From contig CAXXTH010000017.1 of NCBI GenBank assembly GCA_963668025.2, forward strand, positions 960,001 through 1,024,000: a stretch of DNA of 64,000 nucleotides. The letters run 5' to 3'. The stretch comes from Candidatus Hydrogenedentota bacterium (GTDB lineage Bacteria; Hydrogenedentota; Hydrogenedentia; Hydrogenedentales; SLHB01). Numbering within the stretch: the first letter of the stretch is position 1; the number at the start of each line of letters is the position of its first letter. Of this stretch, positions 1 to 8,657 are shown in pieces. The notes beneath the pieces were generated by a model. It worked only from the letters and a program-made list of their open reading frames with translations, was not told the DNA's origin and searched no databases. The translations under genes were made by a program, and so were the position numbers.

Positions 1-734
1 CCTTGCCGCACGCGCTCGAACCACTCTTCCGCCGTATAGCCGGGCGCAGGCTCCATGGCTTGTACAAATGGGCCCAGATAGGAGTCATCTAGAAAATCGC
101 AGAATGAATCATAAAGCTGTATGTGGTTTTTCAGGCGCATAGGCTCCGTATACGGCTGATCCAGGATAACACTGTCGAGATCAATGAAGTCGAACGAACT
201 GCCGCCTCGCGTTAGTATATTCTTCCCCGACAGATCGGCATGGCGCGCGCCTGAAGCGCATAACGCCTGGACCGCGTGCGCAAGGCCCCCCAGAAAGACA
301 TCAAGCGTTGTACGAGCTGCCCCGTCTTGCACCAAGGACTCGGCATGCTGTTCGACCGTGCGCGCGCCATCCAGGTATTCCGACACCATGGCGTTTCCCC
401 ACATGAACCCGAAACGATTCCATTCCACAAACGCCAGGGGAGCAGGCACGCCGACACCAGCCCGGCGCAGTCTCCAAGCAGAACGCCAAGCCTGGCGGTA
501 GTGCTCGCGGCAGCAGGTGTGCTTGAGTGGCCCGAGCCCGCCCTCGAACCGGCTTTTTTTGAGGATGCAGCCGCCAATCCGCCACGTAGCCGACTTGCGC
601 GAGGTTTTCAACAGCACGCCAGGCATGGCCAATGCATCCAGGACGGCATCTAGAGAATAACCGCGCCAGTGCTGAATCCGCATGGCACCGATTCGCGCCG
701 CCACGATATCTGGGCTATCTGGTTCCGTGCGCAC
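1..734 (-). CDS. Lipopolysaccharide kinase (Kdo/WaaP/InaA family), 3' end beyond the window
   Basis: Not in the ORF track. Manual translation from GTG at 734 (AGGAG upstream) gives MRTEPDSPD...GVPAPLAFVE...MVSEYLDG...HADLSGKNIL...FIDLD, with kinase catalytic-loop and DLD motifs. Frame is open to position 1. Confidence 0.8.
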   Translation of the reverse strand, partial: MRTEPDSPDIVAARIGAMRIQHWRGYSLDAVLDALAMPGVLLKTSRKSATWRIGGCILKKSRFEGGLGPLKHTCCREHYRQAWRSAWRLRRAGVGVPAPLAFVEWNRFGFMWGNAMVSEYLDGARTVEQHAESLVQDGAARTTLDVFLGGLAHAVQALCASGARHADLSGKNILTRGGSSFDFIDLDSVILDQPYTEPMRLKNHIQLYDSFCDFLDDSYLGPFVQAMEPAPGYTAEEWFERVRQ

Positions 735-850
735 CTGCCGCTCCTATATCTTCACGAGTTTATTTTTCAGTTACATTTTAGCCATCTGAAGCAAAAGCAT
801 CGGGACGGTTTTTGAGCTTAGAATACATAACAAACCGCCGATGGTGGAGG

Positions 851-1012
851 TTTTTTAGACATGCTTTACAAGATGAAACAAGATTTTTTTGATAGCAATT
901 TTGCTACACAAAAAAACGCGCCCGGACACTTCATAGATTAGCTTTCAAATCTGTAACTAATCCTGGCGATCTTGTCCAATCTTGTTCATCTTGTTAAATC
1001 ATGTCTAAAAAA
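851..1012. repeat. Inverted repeat with internal ~9-10-nt tandem units
   Basis: TTTTTTAGACATGCTTTACAAGATGAAACAAGAT (851-884) matches the reverse complement of the arm ending at 1012, TTTTTTAGACATGATTTAACAAGATGAACAAGAT. Confidence 0.85.
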
Positions 1013-1093
1013 GAGGTGTAGCTCTGTTATTACCGCTCCCGGAAGAATATATCATGTGTACGTATTGAAGAAATAACGTAAAACCGCCTACCT

Positions 1094-1401
1094 GTCATCT
1101 CCGCGAACGCGGGGATACAGAGAATTTGCACTGGATTCCCGCTTTCGGGGATTTCCAAAAAAGGAGCTGGCAAGCCCGAGCATGAAAATAGCGGCAAAAG
1201 GATGTAAAAGAGAACAAGAAAGCGGTAGCAAGCTACCGCACTCCATACACGCCCTAAGTGCTTCTTGTGAAAGCATATGGAGTGCGGCAGCTTGCTGCCG
1301 CTTTGGGCGTGCGGTTCTCGCTTGAATGTGCAATTTCGACGCCAAGGCGGTATAAACTCGCTCGTGGGGAGTTTTTGGAAGACCCCTTTCGCGGGAATGA
1401 C
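1094..1401. repeat. Nested repeat: dRS3-like GTCATTCCCGCG palindromes around a ~228-bp TTCCAAAAA...TTTTTGGAA element that contains a REP doublet
   Basis: Outer GTCATCTCCGCGAACGCGGGGA...CGCGGGAATGAC. Inner element 1153-1380. REP pair AAAGCGGTAGCAAGCTACCGCACTCC (1219-1244) and GGAGTGCGGCAGCTTGCTGCCGCTTT (1279-1304). Homologous copy at 63312-63578. Confidence 0.8.
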
Positions 1402-1445
1402 AACAAGGTAGTTTACAAGGTTTTATACAACAAATGCTATTAGTC

Positions 1446-1732
1446 GAGGCATTTGCGAAATAAAGAAAATCCGTATTGACAAGGGTTTACAAAGCGGCGG
1501 AATTGGCGCCTACCCCGGAGAATGCGGGGAAAGGGGCTTGGCGGGGGCATGAATAAGGATTTTTTGTGAAAAATCACCCCAAATGCCCTCGGCGAGCGGG
1601 AAAAGGCGTAACGTCTCCCGTGTGTGATTGTAGTATAGTTGACCACATAACCACGCACACACCAAGGAGACGTTTGCGATGGCCATTATACACCAAATGG
1701 GGTTGTTCTCGTGGAACCAGGTCGACGCGGCG
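1446..1732 (+). mobile_element. Truncated left end of the IS5/IS1182-like element
   Basis: 287 bp identical to 3347-3633. Starts with the IR GAGGCATTTGCGAAATA, is preceded by TTAGTC and is cut by ISAs1 at 1733. Confidence 0.92.
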
Positions 1733-1795
1733 CAGGGCTTACGCATCTAATAGTGCTCAAGAGTCGATTTATCCTGTTGTGCATGATTTTTTCTG

Positions 1796-2095
1796 TCAAC
1801 GTGGCCTGGGATTTTTCGCTTGGGGGAAGGTCTTTGCGCGCTCACGGCGGGTTTGCTTGACGACTTCGTCCACGTAGCGTTCAGCCAGCTTCATGAAAGC
1901 CTGGTAGCCATTGATGGCCTCTTTTAGGAACTCGGTTTCGCGCGCCGGCACATAGCGAACCACGTTCTTCTCGTTCTCCCAGCTCTGGTGGTTAAAGTGG
2001 GGACGCCCGCCCATTTGACAGAGCTTTCCGCGCTCCATCCGCTCAATCTGCGCCATGCGCTCCAGCAATGCTTGCATCTTTTTGGTGTGCTTCAT
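1796..2095 (-). CDS. IS-borne 99-aa basic accessory protein (DUF6788-like)
   Basis: MERGKLCQM...FNHQSWENEKNVVRYVP...EAINGY resembles DUF6788 IS-associated proteins. Present in both ISAs1 copies, with its own promoter. Confidence 0.7.
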   Translation of the reverse strand: MKHTKKMQALLERMAQIERMERGKLCQMGGRPHFNHQSWENEKNVVRYVPARETEFLKEAINGYQAFMKLAERYVDEVVKQTRRERAKTFPQAKNPRPR

Positions 2096-2102
2096 GGATT
2101 TT

Positions 2103-2132
2103 AATATATAGAATTCTATATACTAGAGTCAA
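2103..2132 (-). promoter_or_regulatory. Sigma70-like promoter of the accessory ORF overlapping an 18-bp perfect palindrome
   Basis: Minus strand reads TTGACT-N17/18-(A)TATATT, ending 7 nt before the ATG. Palindrome TATATAGAATTCTATATA lies at 2105-2122. Confidence 0.6.
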
Positions 2133-2166
2133 CAGTGCTTCGGCGCATGAATGAAAGGAGCACCCC

Positions 2167-3325
2167 ATGACCGCTGAAAAGAAATCCCTGCCCAAGCCCA
2201 AGCCTATTATCGAGTGTTTCGCGGGCCTGCCTGATCCCCGCATGGACCGGACCCGCAGGCACAACTTCATTGACATCTTGATGATTGGGCTATGCTCAGC
2301 CCTCGTGGGCGGGGAGAGCTTTTCGGATATGGAGCGCTTCGGCTGGCTCCGGGAGGATTGGCTGAAGGGCTTCCTGGAATTGCCCGGCGGCATCCCCTCG
2401 CACGACACCTTCAACCGGGTCTTTTCCGCCCTCGACCCCCATGCCTTTCTGGAATGCTTCGGCCAATGGGTGCAGGGCATTTGCCCCAATCTGAGCGATG
2501 AGGTCGCCGCCATTGACGGCAAAGCCCTGCGGCGCGCCTTGAATCAGGGGGAGGCCATCCCCTACATCGTCAGCGCATGGGCTTGCGAGCACGGCCTGGC
2601 GCTGGGGCAGGTCAAGGTGGACGAGAAATCCAACGAAATCACCGCCGTCCCCAAACTCCTCAACGCCTTAAAGCTCAAGGGAGCCATCGTCACCCTGGAC
2701 GCCATGGGCTGCCAGAAGGATATCGCCTCCCACATTATCCAACGGCAGGCCGACTACGTGCTGGCCCTCAAAGGCAACCACGCCACCGCCCTAGAAGAAG
2801 TGAAGGCCTTTTTCAAGGACGCCGTTCCCCCTTGCGCCACCCAGTGCGCGCCAACAGCCGACGCCACACGGATGGATTTCCACCAGACCATCGACAAGGG
2901 GCATGGCCGCATCGAAACCCGCCGATACTGGCAATCCACCGACTTGGGCTGGTTCGAGGACAAAGGACTTTGGAAGGGCCTCAAGAGTTTCGGCATGGTC
3001 GAGTCCATCCGCAAGGAAAAAGGGAAGAACACCATCGAGCGGCGCTACTACTTGAGCAGCCTGCCCCTCGACGCACGACGATTCGCCCACGCCGTGCGTG
3101 GACACTGGGGCGTGGAAAACAATTTGCACTGGCGCCTAGACATTATCTTTCGCGAAGACGACAACCGCGCCCCGAACAAGAAACGCCGCCCAGAATCTCG
3201 CCTCCTTGAGGAGAATTACACTCAACCTCCTCAAGAAAGACAAGACCAACAAAGATTTCCTCAGGGGCAAGCGCTTCGCTGCTGCACTCGACCCCGAATA
3301 CCTTCTACGTTTACTGGGAATTTAG
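2167..3325 (+). pseudogene. ISAs1 transposase with a +1 frameshift near the C-terminus
   Basis: Motifs DPR, PSHDTF, IDGK, KSNEI, DAMGCQ, HGRIETR, HWGVEN. One extra C at 3170-3173 relative to copy 2 alters the last ~50 aa; a sequencing error is possible. Confidence 0.85.
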
Positions 3326-3346
3326 ATGCGTAAGCCCTGACACCAG

Positions 3347-5168
3347 GAGGCATTTGCGAAATAAAGAAAATCCGTATTGACAAGGGTTTACAAAGCGGCG
3401 GAATTGGCGCCTACCCCGGAGAATGCGGGGAAAGGGGCTTGGCGGGGGCATGAATAAGGATTTTTTGTGAAAAATCACCCCAAATGCCCTCGGCGAGCGG
3501 GAAAAGGCGTAACGTCTCCCGTGTGTGATTGTAGTATAGTTGACCACATAACCACGCACACACCAAGGAGACGTTTGCGATGGCCATTATACACCAAATG
3601 GGGTTGTTCTCGTGGAACCAGGTCGACGCGGCGTCGGATCTGGATCGGCTGAACCTGTTGCTGGCGGCGCTGCCGGATGAAGATTTGATGCGGGCGATGG
3701 AAGCCGAACGCAAGGGGCGGCGCGACGATTATCCTATCCGCGCGATGTGGAACAGCATACTGGCGGGGATCGTCTTCCAGCACGACGGCGTCGAAAGCCT
3801 GCGCCGCGAACTAGCCCGAAACGGGCAATTGCGCCAGTTGTGCGGATTCGACGTGTTGCGGGGCGCCAAGGCGGTCCCGCCCGAATGGGTGTACACGCGG
3901 TTCTTCGCCAGATTACTGCGCCACTGGAAAGAAGTGGACCGGATGTTCGACGCGCTCATCGTCCGGCTGATGGAACGCTTGCCGGATCTCGGGGTGCGTC
4001 TGGCCGTAGACTCGAAAGCCATCCAAACCCACGCCAAGCCTCCGCGCAAAGACGCGGTCCTGGAAAACGAAGAGCCGGACGGGCGGCGCGACCGCGACGC
4101 AGACTGGGGCACGAAAACCTACAAGGGCGTTCACAAGGACGGCACGCCCTGGGAGAAGGTCAAACGGTGGTTCGGCTACAAGCTGCACCTCATCGTGGAC
4201 ACGAAATACGAATTGCCGCTGGGCTACGCGGTCACGAAAGCCAGCGCCAACGACTCGCCCTTTCTGCTGCCCCTCGTGGCGGCTCTCGACGCGCGCCACC
4301 CCGAACTCGTCCAACGCGCCGAGTACCTCAGCGCCGACAAGGGCTATGATTCCGAAGCCAACAACAAGGGCCTCTTCGAGGAACATGAAATCCGGCCCAT
4401 CGTGGACATCCGGGCGACCTGGAAAGAAGAACCGGAACGGCCCCGCCCTTTATATCCCGAACGGGTAGACACGATCTTCCATACCGAACGAGGTGAAGTC
4501 CTCTGCCGGTGTCGTAACGGCGCCCCAAACGAACGCGACAACTATGATTCCATGGCCTACCAAGGATTCGAGCAAGATCGGGGAACCTTGAAATACCGTT
4601 GCCCAGCCAAGGCACGCGGGAGCGCCTGTACCCAGCAAGACCTCTGCAACCAAGGATGCCAGCCCGAACACGGACGGATTGTCCGCGTGCCCATCGCTAT
4701 CGACCGGCGCATCTTTACCCCCCTGCCCCGCAGCGCCAAATCCTGGCGCCGCGAATACAAACACCGCACCGCCATCGAGCGAGTCAACAGCCGACTCGAC
4801 GGCGCATACGGATTCGAGCGCCACTACATCCGCGGTATGAAAAAGATGCGCGCCCGCACCGGATTAGCCCTCCTCGTCATGCTCGGCATGGCCCTGGGAT
4901 GGCTCGAAGCCGGCCAGGCAGAACGCATGCGCTCGCTCCTCGGACAGCCCCGCGCCGCATAGATCACATCGAATCCGCACAAGCAATGATGGCCCGAATC
5001 AAGGGCAAACCATGCCCATTCGGGCCGCAAGGGTCCTACACGCGAACCTCCTGCATGATTTATTGCACCCGTAGCGGAGGCGTAATCCCATTGCCACAGG
5101 CGAAAACCGCTCCGCGTGTGCCCGCACCGTCCGCGCGTTCGCAAACCACGCTATTTCGCAAATGCCTC
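3347..5168 (+). mobile_element. Complete IS5/IS1182-like (IS4-superfamily DDE) insertion sequence
   Basis: IRs GAGGCATTTGCGAAATA and TATTTCGCAAATGCCTC, followed by TTAGTC (5169-5174). Confidence 0.9.
3580..4962 (+). CDS. DDE transposase (IS5/IS1182-like)
   Basis: Motifs GRRDDYP, VDSK, DADWG, FGYKLHL, ADKGYDS, RTAIERVNSRL. AAGGAG RBS. Confidence 0.9.
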   Translation: MAIIHQMGLFSWNQVDAASDLDRLNLLLAALPDEDLMRAMEAERKGRRDDYPIRAMWNSILAGIVFQHDGVESLRRELARNGQLRQLCGFDVLRGAKAVPPEWVYTRFFARLLRHWKEVDRMFDALIVRLMERLPDLGVRLAVDSKAIQTHAKPPRKDAVLENEEPDGRRDRDADWGTKTYKGVHKDGTPWEKVKRWFGYKLHLIVDTKYELPLGYAVTKASANDSPFLLPLVAALDARHPELVQRAEYLSADKGYDSEANNKGLFEEHEIRPIVDIRATWKEEPERPRPLYPERVDTIFHTERGEVLCRCRNGAPNERDNYDSMAYQGFEQDRGTLKYRCPAKARGSACTQQDLCNQGCQPEHGRIVRVPIAIDRRIFTPLPRSAKSWRREYKHRTAIERVNSRLDGAYGFERHYIRGMKKMRARTGLALLVMLGMALGWLEAGQAERMRSLLGQPRAA

Positions 5169-5483
5169 TTAGTCGGTGGGGCAAATCCGCCATGTATTTT
5201 GGTTCATAAGCGCGCTCAAGAACGGCTCCAAATAAATTGCGGCTATCCCTCGGCAAGGCGAATGGAGCGGTAATGACAGAGCGGCACCCTCTTTAAAGGG
5301 AACAAAAAAAGCAAGACAATGGGCGCAAGCATCCGATGCGATAGGCGCTAACACTAGGGAGGGATGAAATAATTTGGCAATTGAACTATTTTTCTCTTTA
5401 AATGAGATATTCAATGGATGTAGATTGGAATAGTACTTCCATTTTGTTCGACTTGATATCAACAGAAGAGGAGGATTAGAAGA

Positions 5484-5776
5484 ATGCTACTGATGTTGTT
5501 TGTCTTATGCATTATTTTGACTATTTCCACGATCACCGTATCTGCATTATTTTTGCAGCATAGGAAGTATTCCGAGCAATACAAATCTATGCTTGATTCA
5601 CTAAATCAAAAATACCTGCTAGATCATAACCAATGGACGGAATACACAAACAATCTCAAAAAAGAACTGCAAAGGCTATCGAAATGGCAAATTGTGGCGG
5701 ACGCGGACGTGAAAGCCAAAGAGCTCATTCAGGAAGCTAGAAGTATTCTAGATCGAGCAAATAGAGAGACTTCACA
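5484..5776 (+). pseudogene. 5' fragment of a membrane-anchored coiled-coil protein (possibly DUF4041/T5orf172 type), truncated by ISKra4
   Basis: GGAGG RBS, N-terminal hydrophobic helix and AT-rich coding (…LSKWQIVADADVKAKELIQEA…). Ends at the ISKra4 IR; no continuation after the IS. Confidence 0.6.
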
Positions 5777-7148
5777 GGGGTGCTCCCTCAATATGATAAC
5801 CTCAATTGACCCCGTGGCGGGCCACGTGTTGCCAGAACTGGTCCCAACGGCCCTCGGTCATCTCCAGCGACCTGAGCGCGATCACCGCGCTCGCGCCCGC
5901 TTCCTTCCACCGCATCCCGGAGCATGCCAGGCGTTGCTTGATCAGCGTCTTGCACGCCGCCTCCGTCACTCCGCTGCCGATGGGAAGGCGCTCCGCCGTG
6001 TGCCGCCAGTATTGCATCTTCGAGCGGTGATTGCCGAAGTAGGTGATCGCCTTGCCGAGTTCCTCGCGGCAAGCCTGGGCGCGCACGCTTGGCAAGCTCG
6101 CCTTCATCTCCTCCAGCAAGCGTCCGGCTGCGCCCCTCGTGTGCTTCAGCCGGTGACTCCAGTCCGCCTCCCACTCCCGGCGGCGCGCGCCATGACCGTG
6201 AATCGCCTCCGCCGCCTTCCCCACGTATTCCCGCGCGTGATAGAAATCCAGCATCTGCCGGTCCGTGCGCGGCGTCAAAAACTTCCAGTTGTCCGGCGCG
6301 CCGTCGGCCAGGCCGATATACAGCGCCGCCGGGTGCCTCGCCCTCACGCGCTCCACCTCGCGGCCGAAGCGCTCGAGGAAAGTCTGCTTGCCGTACTCGG
6401 GCGATGCGCCCGCGTAGATCGTGTGCAGCCGCTCCCCGTCCTTGTCGTACAGGCTGATGGACCCGCACATCGCCTGACGCCAGCCGTCCTCCCTGAGCAG
6501 CATGCAGGTGCCGTCCAGGCCCACGGCCACCGACGCGACCGGCCTGTCCAATTCCGGCAGCTCGTACTCCCACGTCTCCTCCCTGGCCTGCGCCAGGGCG
6601 CCCACAAAATCGCCGATCTTCTTCACATAGTCGCGCGAGATTGCGCGGCCTGTCGACTCGAGCAGGTCGCGGCGCATGACATCGGCGCCCATGCGGGAGT
6701 ATTTTCCGCTGACGATCCGGGCGTAGCGCGGCGTGGCGTTCATGACCATTCGCGCGTCCCGCTCCAGCGGGCAGAAGGTGCGCCCGCCCGTGGCGGTGTT
6801 CTGGTAGACGTGCCGCTCGACGCGGACCGGGCCGTGGGGCGTCTCGTAGGTCTGGCCGAAGCGCCCCTTGGTTTTGAAGGTGGTGGCGCCGACGCGGATG
6901 GGCGAGCCGTCTGTGTCGAAACGGGCCAGGGCCTCGGCCATGACTGCGCGCCCCACCCCGTTCAGGGCCTCCTGGACCGCCTCCTCCATATCGAGCATCG
7001 AACCACGCAGCCTCAGCGAGAAACTCACCTCGAACGTGTCGCCGTCGCGCCTTGTCACCATCGCTGCCATCGGTCTTCCTCCGTTAAGGGTCCGGCATAC
7101 TTATCGACCCGACACGAGGATTTCTTTAGCATTCTGCGGGAACACCCC
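5777..7148 (-). mobile_element. ISKra4-family IS
   Basis: Imperfect IRs GGGGTGCTCCCTCAATATG and (reverse complement) GGGGTGTTCCCGCAGAATG. No flanking direct repeat. Confidence 0.85.
5802..7070 (-). CDS. ISKra4-family transposase
   Basis: Motifs GLDGTCM, LADGAPDNW, LDFYHAREY, PIGSGVTEAACKTLIKQRL...GMRW. Confidence 0.92.
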   Translation of the reverse strand: MAAMVTRRDGDTFEVSFSLRLRGSMLDMEEAVQEALNGVGRAVMAEALARFDTDGSPIRVGATTFKTKGRFGQTYETPHGPVRVERHVYQNTATGGRTFCPLERDARMVMNATPRYARIVSGKYSRMGADVMRRDLLESTGRAISRDYVKKIGDFVGALAQAREETWEYELPELDRPVASVAVGLDGTCMLLREDGWRQAMCGSISLYDKDGERLHTIYAGASPEYGKQTFLERFGREVERVRARHPAALYIGLADGAPDNWKFLTPRTDRQMLDFYHAREYVGKAAEAIHGHGARRREWEADWSHRLKHTRGAAGRLLEEMKASLPSVRAQACREELGKAITYFGNHRSKMQYWRHTAERLPIGSGVTEAACKTLIKQRLACSGMRWKEAGASAVIALRSLEMTEGRWDQFWQHVARHGVN

Positions 7149-7151
7149 TCC

Positions 7152-7323
7152 CAACCACGAATAGACACCAATCAACGCCAATGTAGAGCGGCATTCCTGC
7201 TATGCACTTTTTCTGGGCATCATCAGCGTAATCGGTAGAAAATCAGAACTGGTATTATTGGAGAGCATTGGAGCTCATTCGTGGTTCAAAATCCGGATCT
7301 TTGCTTGCGGCCATACCGCGCTG
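7152..7323. repeat. Inverted array of tandem units (AACCACGAAT type) plus the GCCGCAANCAAA motif
   Basis: AACCACGAATAGACACCAATCAACGCCAATG ... CATTGGAGCTCATTCGTGGTT. Positions 7300-7323 read CAGCGCGGTATGGCCGCAAGCAAA on the minus strand. Confidence 0.7.
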
Positions 7324-7351
7324 CGAGAATTTGTGGGCGTTTGAGCACTAG

Positions 7352-7537
7352 CTCAACTTTCGCAGTTAGTGGTTGGATTTGCTGTGAACAGGGGTAAATC
7401 GCATCCATAAGCTTTCATACGTCCAGCAAAATGAATGAGGGCGGTTTCGCCGCCTATGAAAACAGCGGTGTAGTGAAGACTTTTGATACTCGATCCAACA
7501 AAATCAACCACTTACAAAAATAACTGCGGAAGTTGGG
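7352..7537. mobile_element. MITE (186 bp) with IS1380-like terminal IRs
   Basis: CTCAACTTTCGCAGTTA ... TAACTGCGGAAGTTGGG, flanked by CTAG and TTAA. No ORF. Confidence 0.65.
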
Positions 7538-8657
7538 TTAAGCTCCAGCTTCTGTAGAAAACAACAAGAAGCTTTGAACCTAAAAACGCCAGTTGAATCT
7601 TGAGTGTCGAGCAGGAAGTAGTTCAAGATAAAGAACATGGAAACAGAATCGCAACAGCAAGATGCTCCCCCATTGGGAGAGGAGGAATGGTTGTCTTTGG
7701 AGGCGCCGATTTTCGTAGATAGCTACGGGGGCCGGGTGCATGTGGAATGGGACCGGGAGGCGGCAACGACGCCGTTTGGCCAGTTGGCGTTCTTTATCGA
7801 TTTCCTCAAGACGGCGGAGCTTTTTGAAGCGTGGGTGGAGGACTGTCCGCTGGCGTACGCCAGCAATAATGCGCCGCGCAAGAGGGATGTGCTGGGCACG
7901 CTATTTTTATCAGTGCTGGCGGGCCACACCCGCTATGCGCACATTGACGCGGTCCGTTACGACGCGGTGAACCCGGGCTTGCTGGGTATGAGCAAGATCA
8001 TGAGCGCCTCCTCGGCGCGGCGGGCATTTATACTGGCGGACGGGGAAGCCTGCGCGGGCTGGCTACAGAAGCACCTGCGCCGCTGTTATGAGCCGTTGCT
8101 TTATGAGCCTTGGATTTTGGACGTGGATACAAGCGTGAAGCCCCTGTTCGGCCATCAAGAAGGGGCCGTGCTGGGCTACAATCCGGCGAAACAGGGCCGT
8201 CCTTCTCATGTGCTGCATACCTATTTTATGGCGAACACGCGCTTGGTGCTGGACGTGGAAGTCCGGCCGGGCAACGAGACGGCGGCGAAATACACCATGC
8301 CTGGATTGTGGCATTTTCTCGATGGCTTGCCGCGCGCGGCCTGGCCGGGCATGATTCGCGGCGACTGCGCCTTCGGCAACGAACGCGACATGAGCGAAGC
8401 CGAAGCGCGCGGAGTGCCCTATCTGTTCAAATTGCGGCAGACCAGCAACGTGAAACGGCTTATCCAGCAGGCCTTTTGTTCTAAGGACTGGACGCCAGCA
8501 GGCCAAGGCTGGGAAGGTTTGGAAGACCGTCTGGAGCTTATGGGATGGACGAGCAAACGCCGGATAATCGTTCTGCGGCGCAAGCTCAAAGGGAGTATCG
8601 TTCTGGAAACGGAGCCGCTATTGCCTGACCCCTCCCCCCAACTCAGGGCTTACGCAT

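Larger units (their letters stand above)
1733..3339 (+). mobile_element. ISAs1-family IS, copy 1, with divergent accessory ORF
   Basis: Terminal IRs CAGGGCTTACGCATCTAA and TTAGATGCGTAAGCCCTG. Near-identical inverted copy at 8644-10249. No target duplication at this copy. Confidence 0.95.

Noticed and set aside
184-653. Short ORF-track calls at the window start
   Set aside because: Shadows of the minus-strand LPS kinase gene, which the track missed because it runs off the window.
5484-7238. 584-aa ORF
   Set aside because: Chimeric: only the first ~97 codons are a real gene. The rest is the stop-free antisense frame of the ISKra4 transposase.
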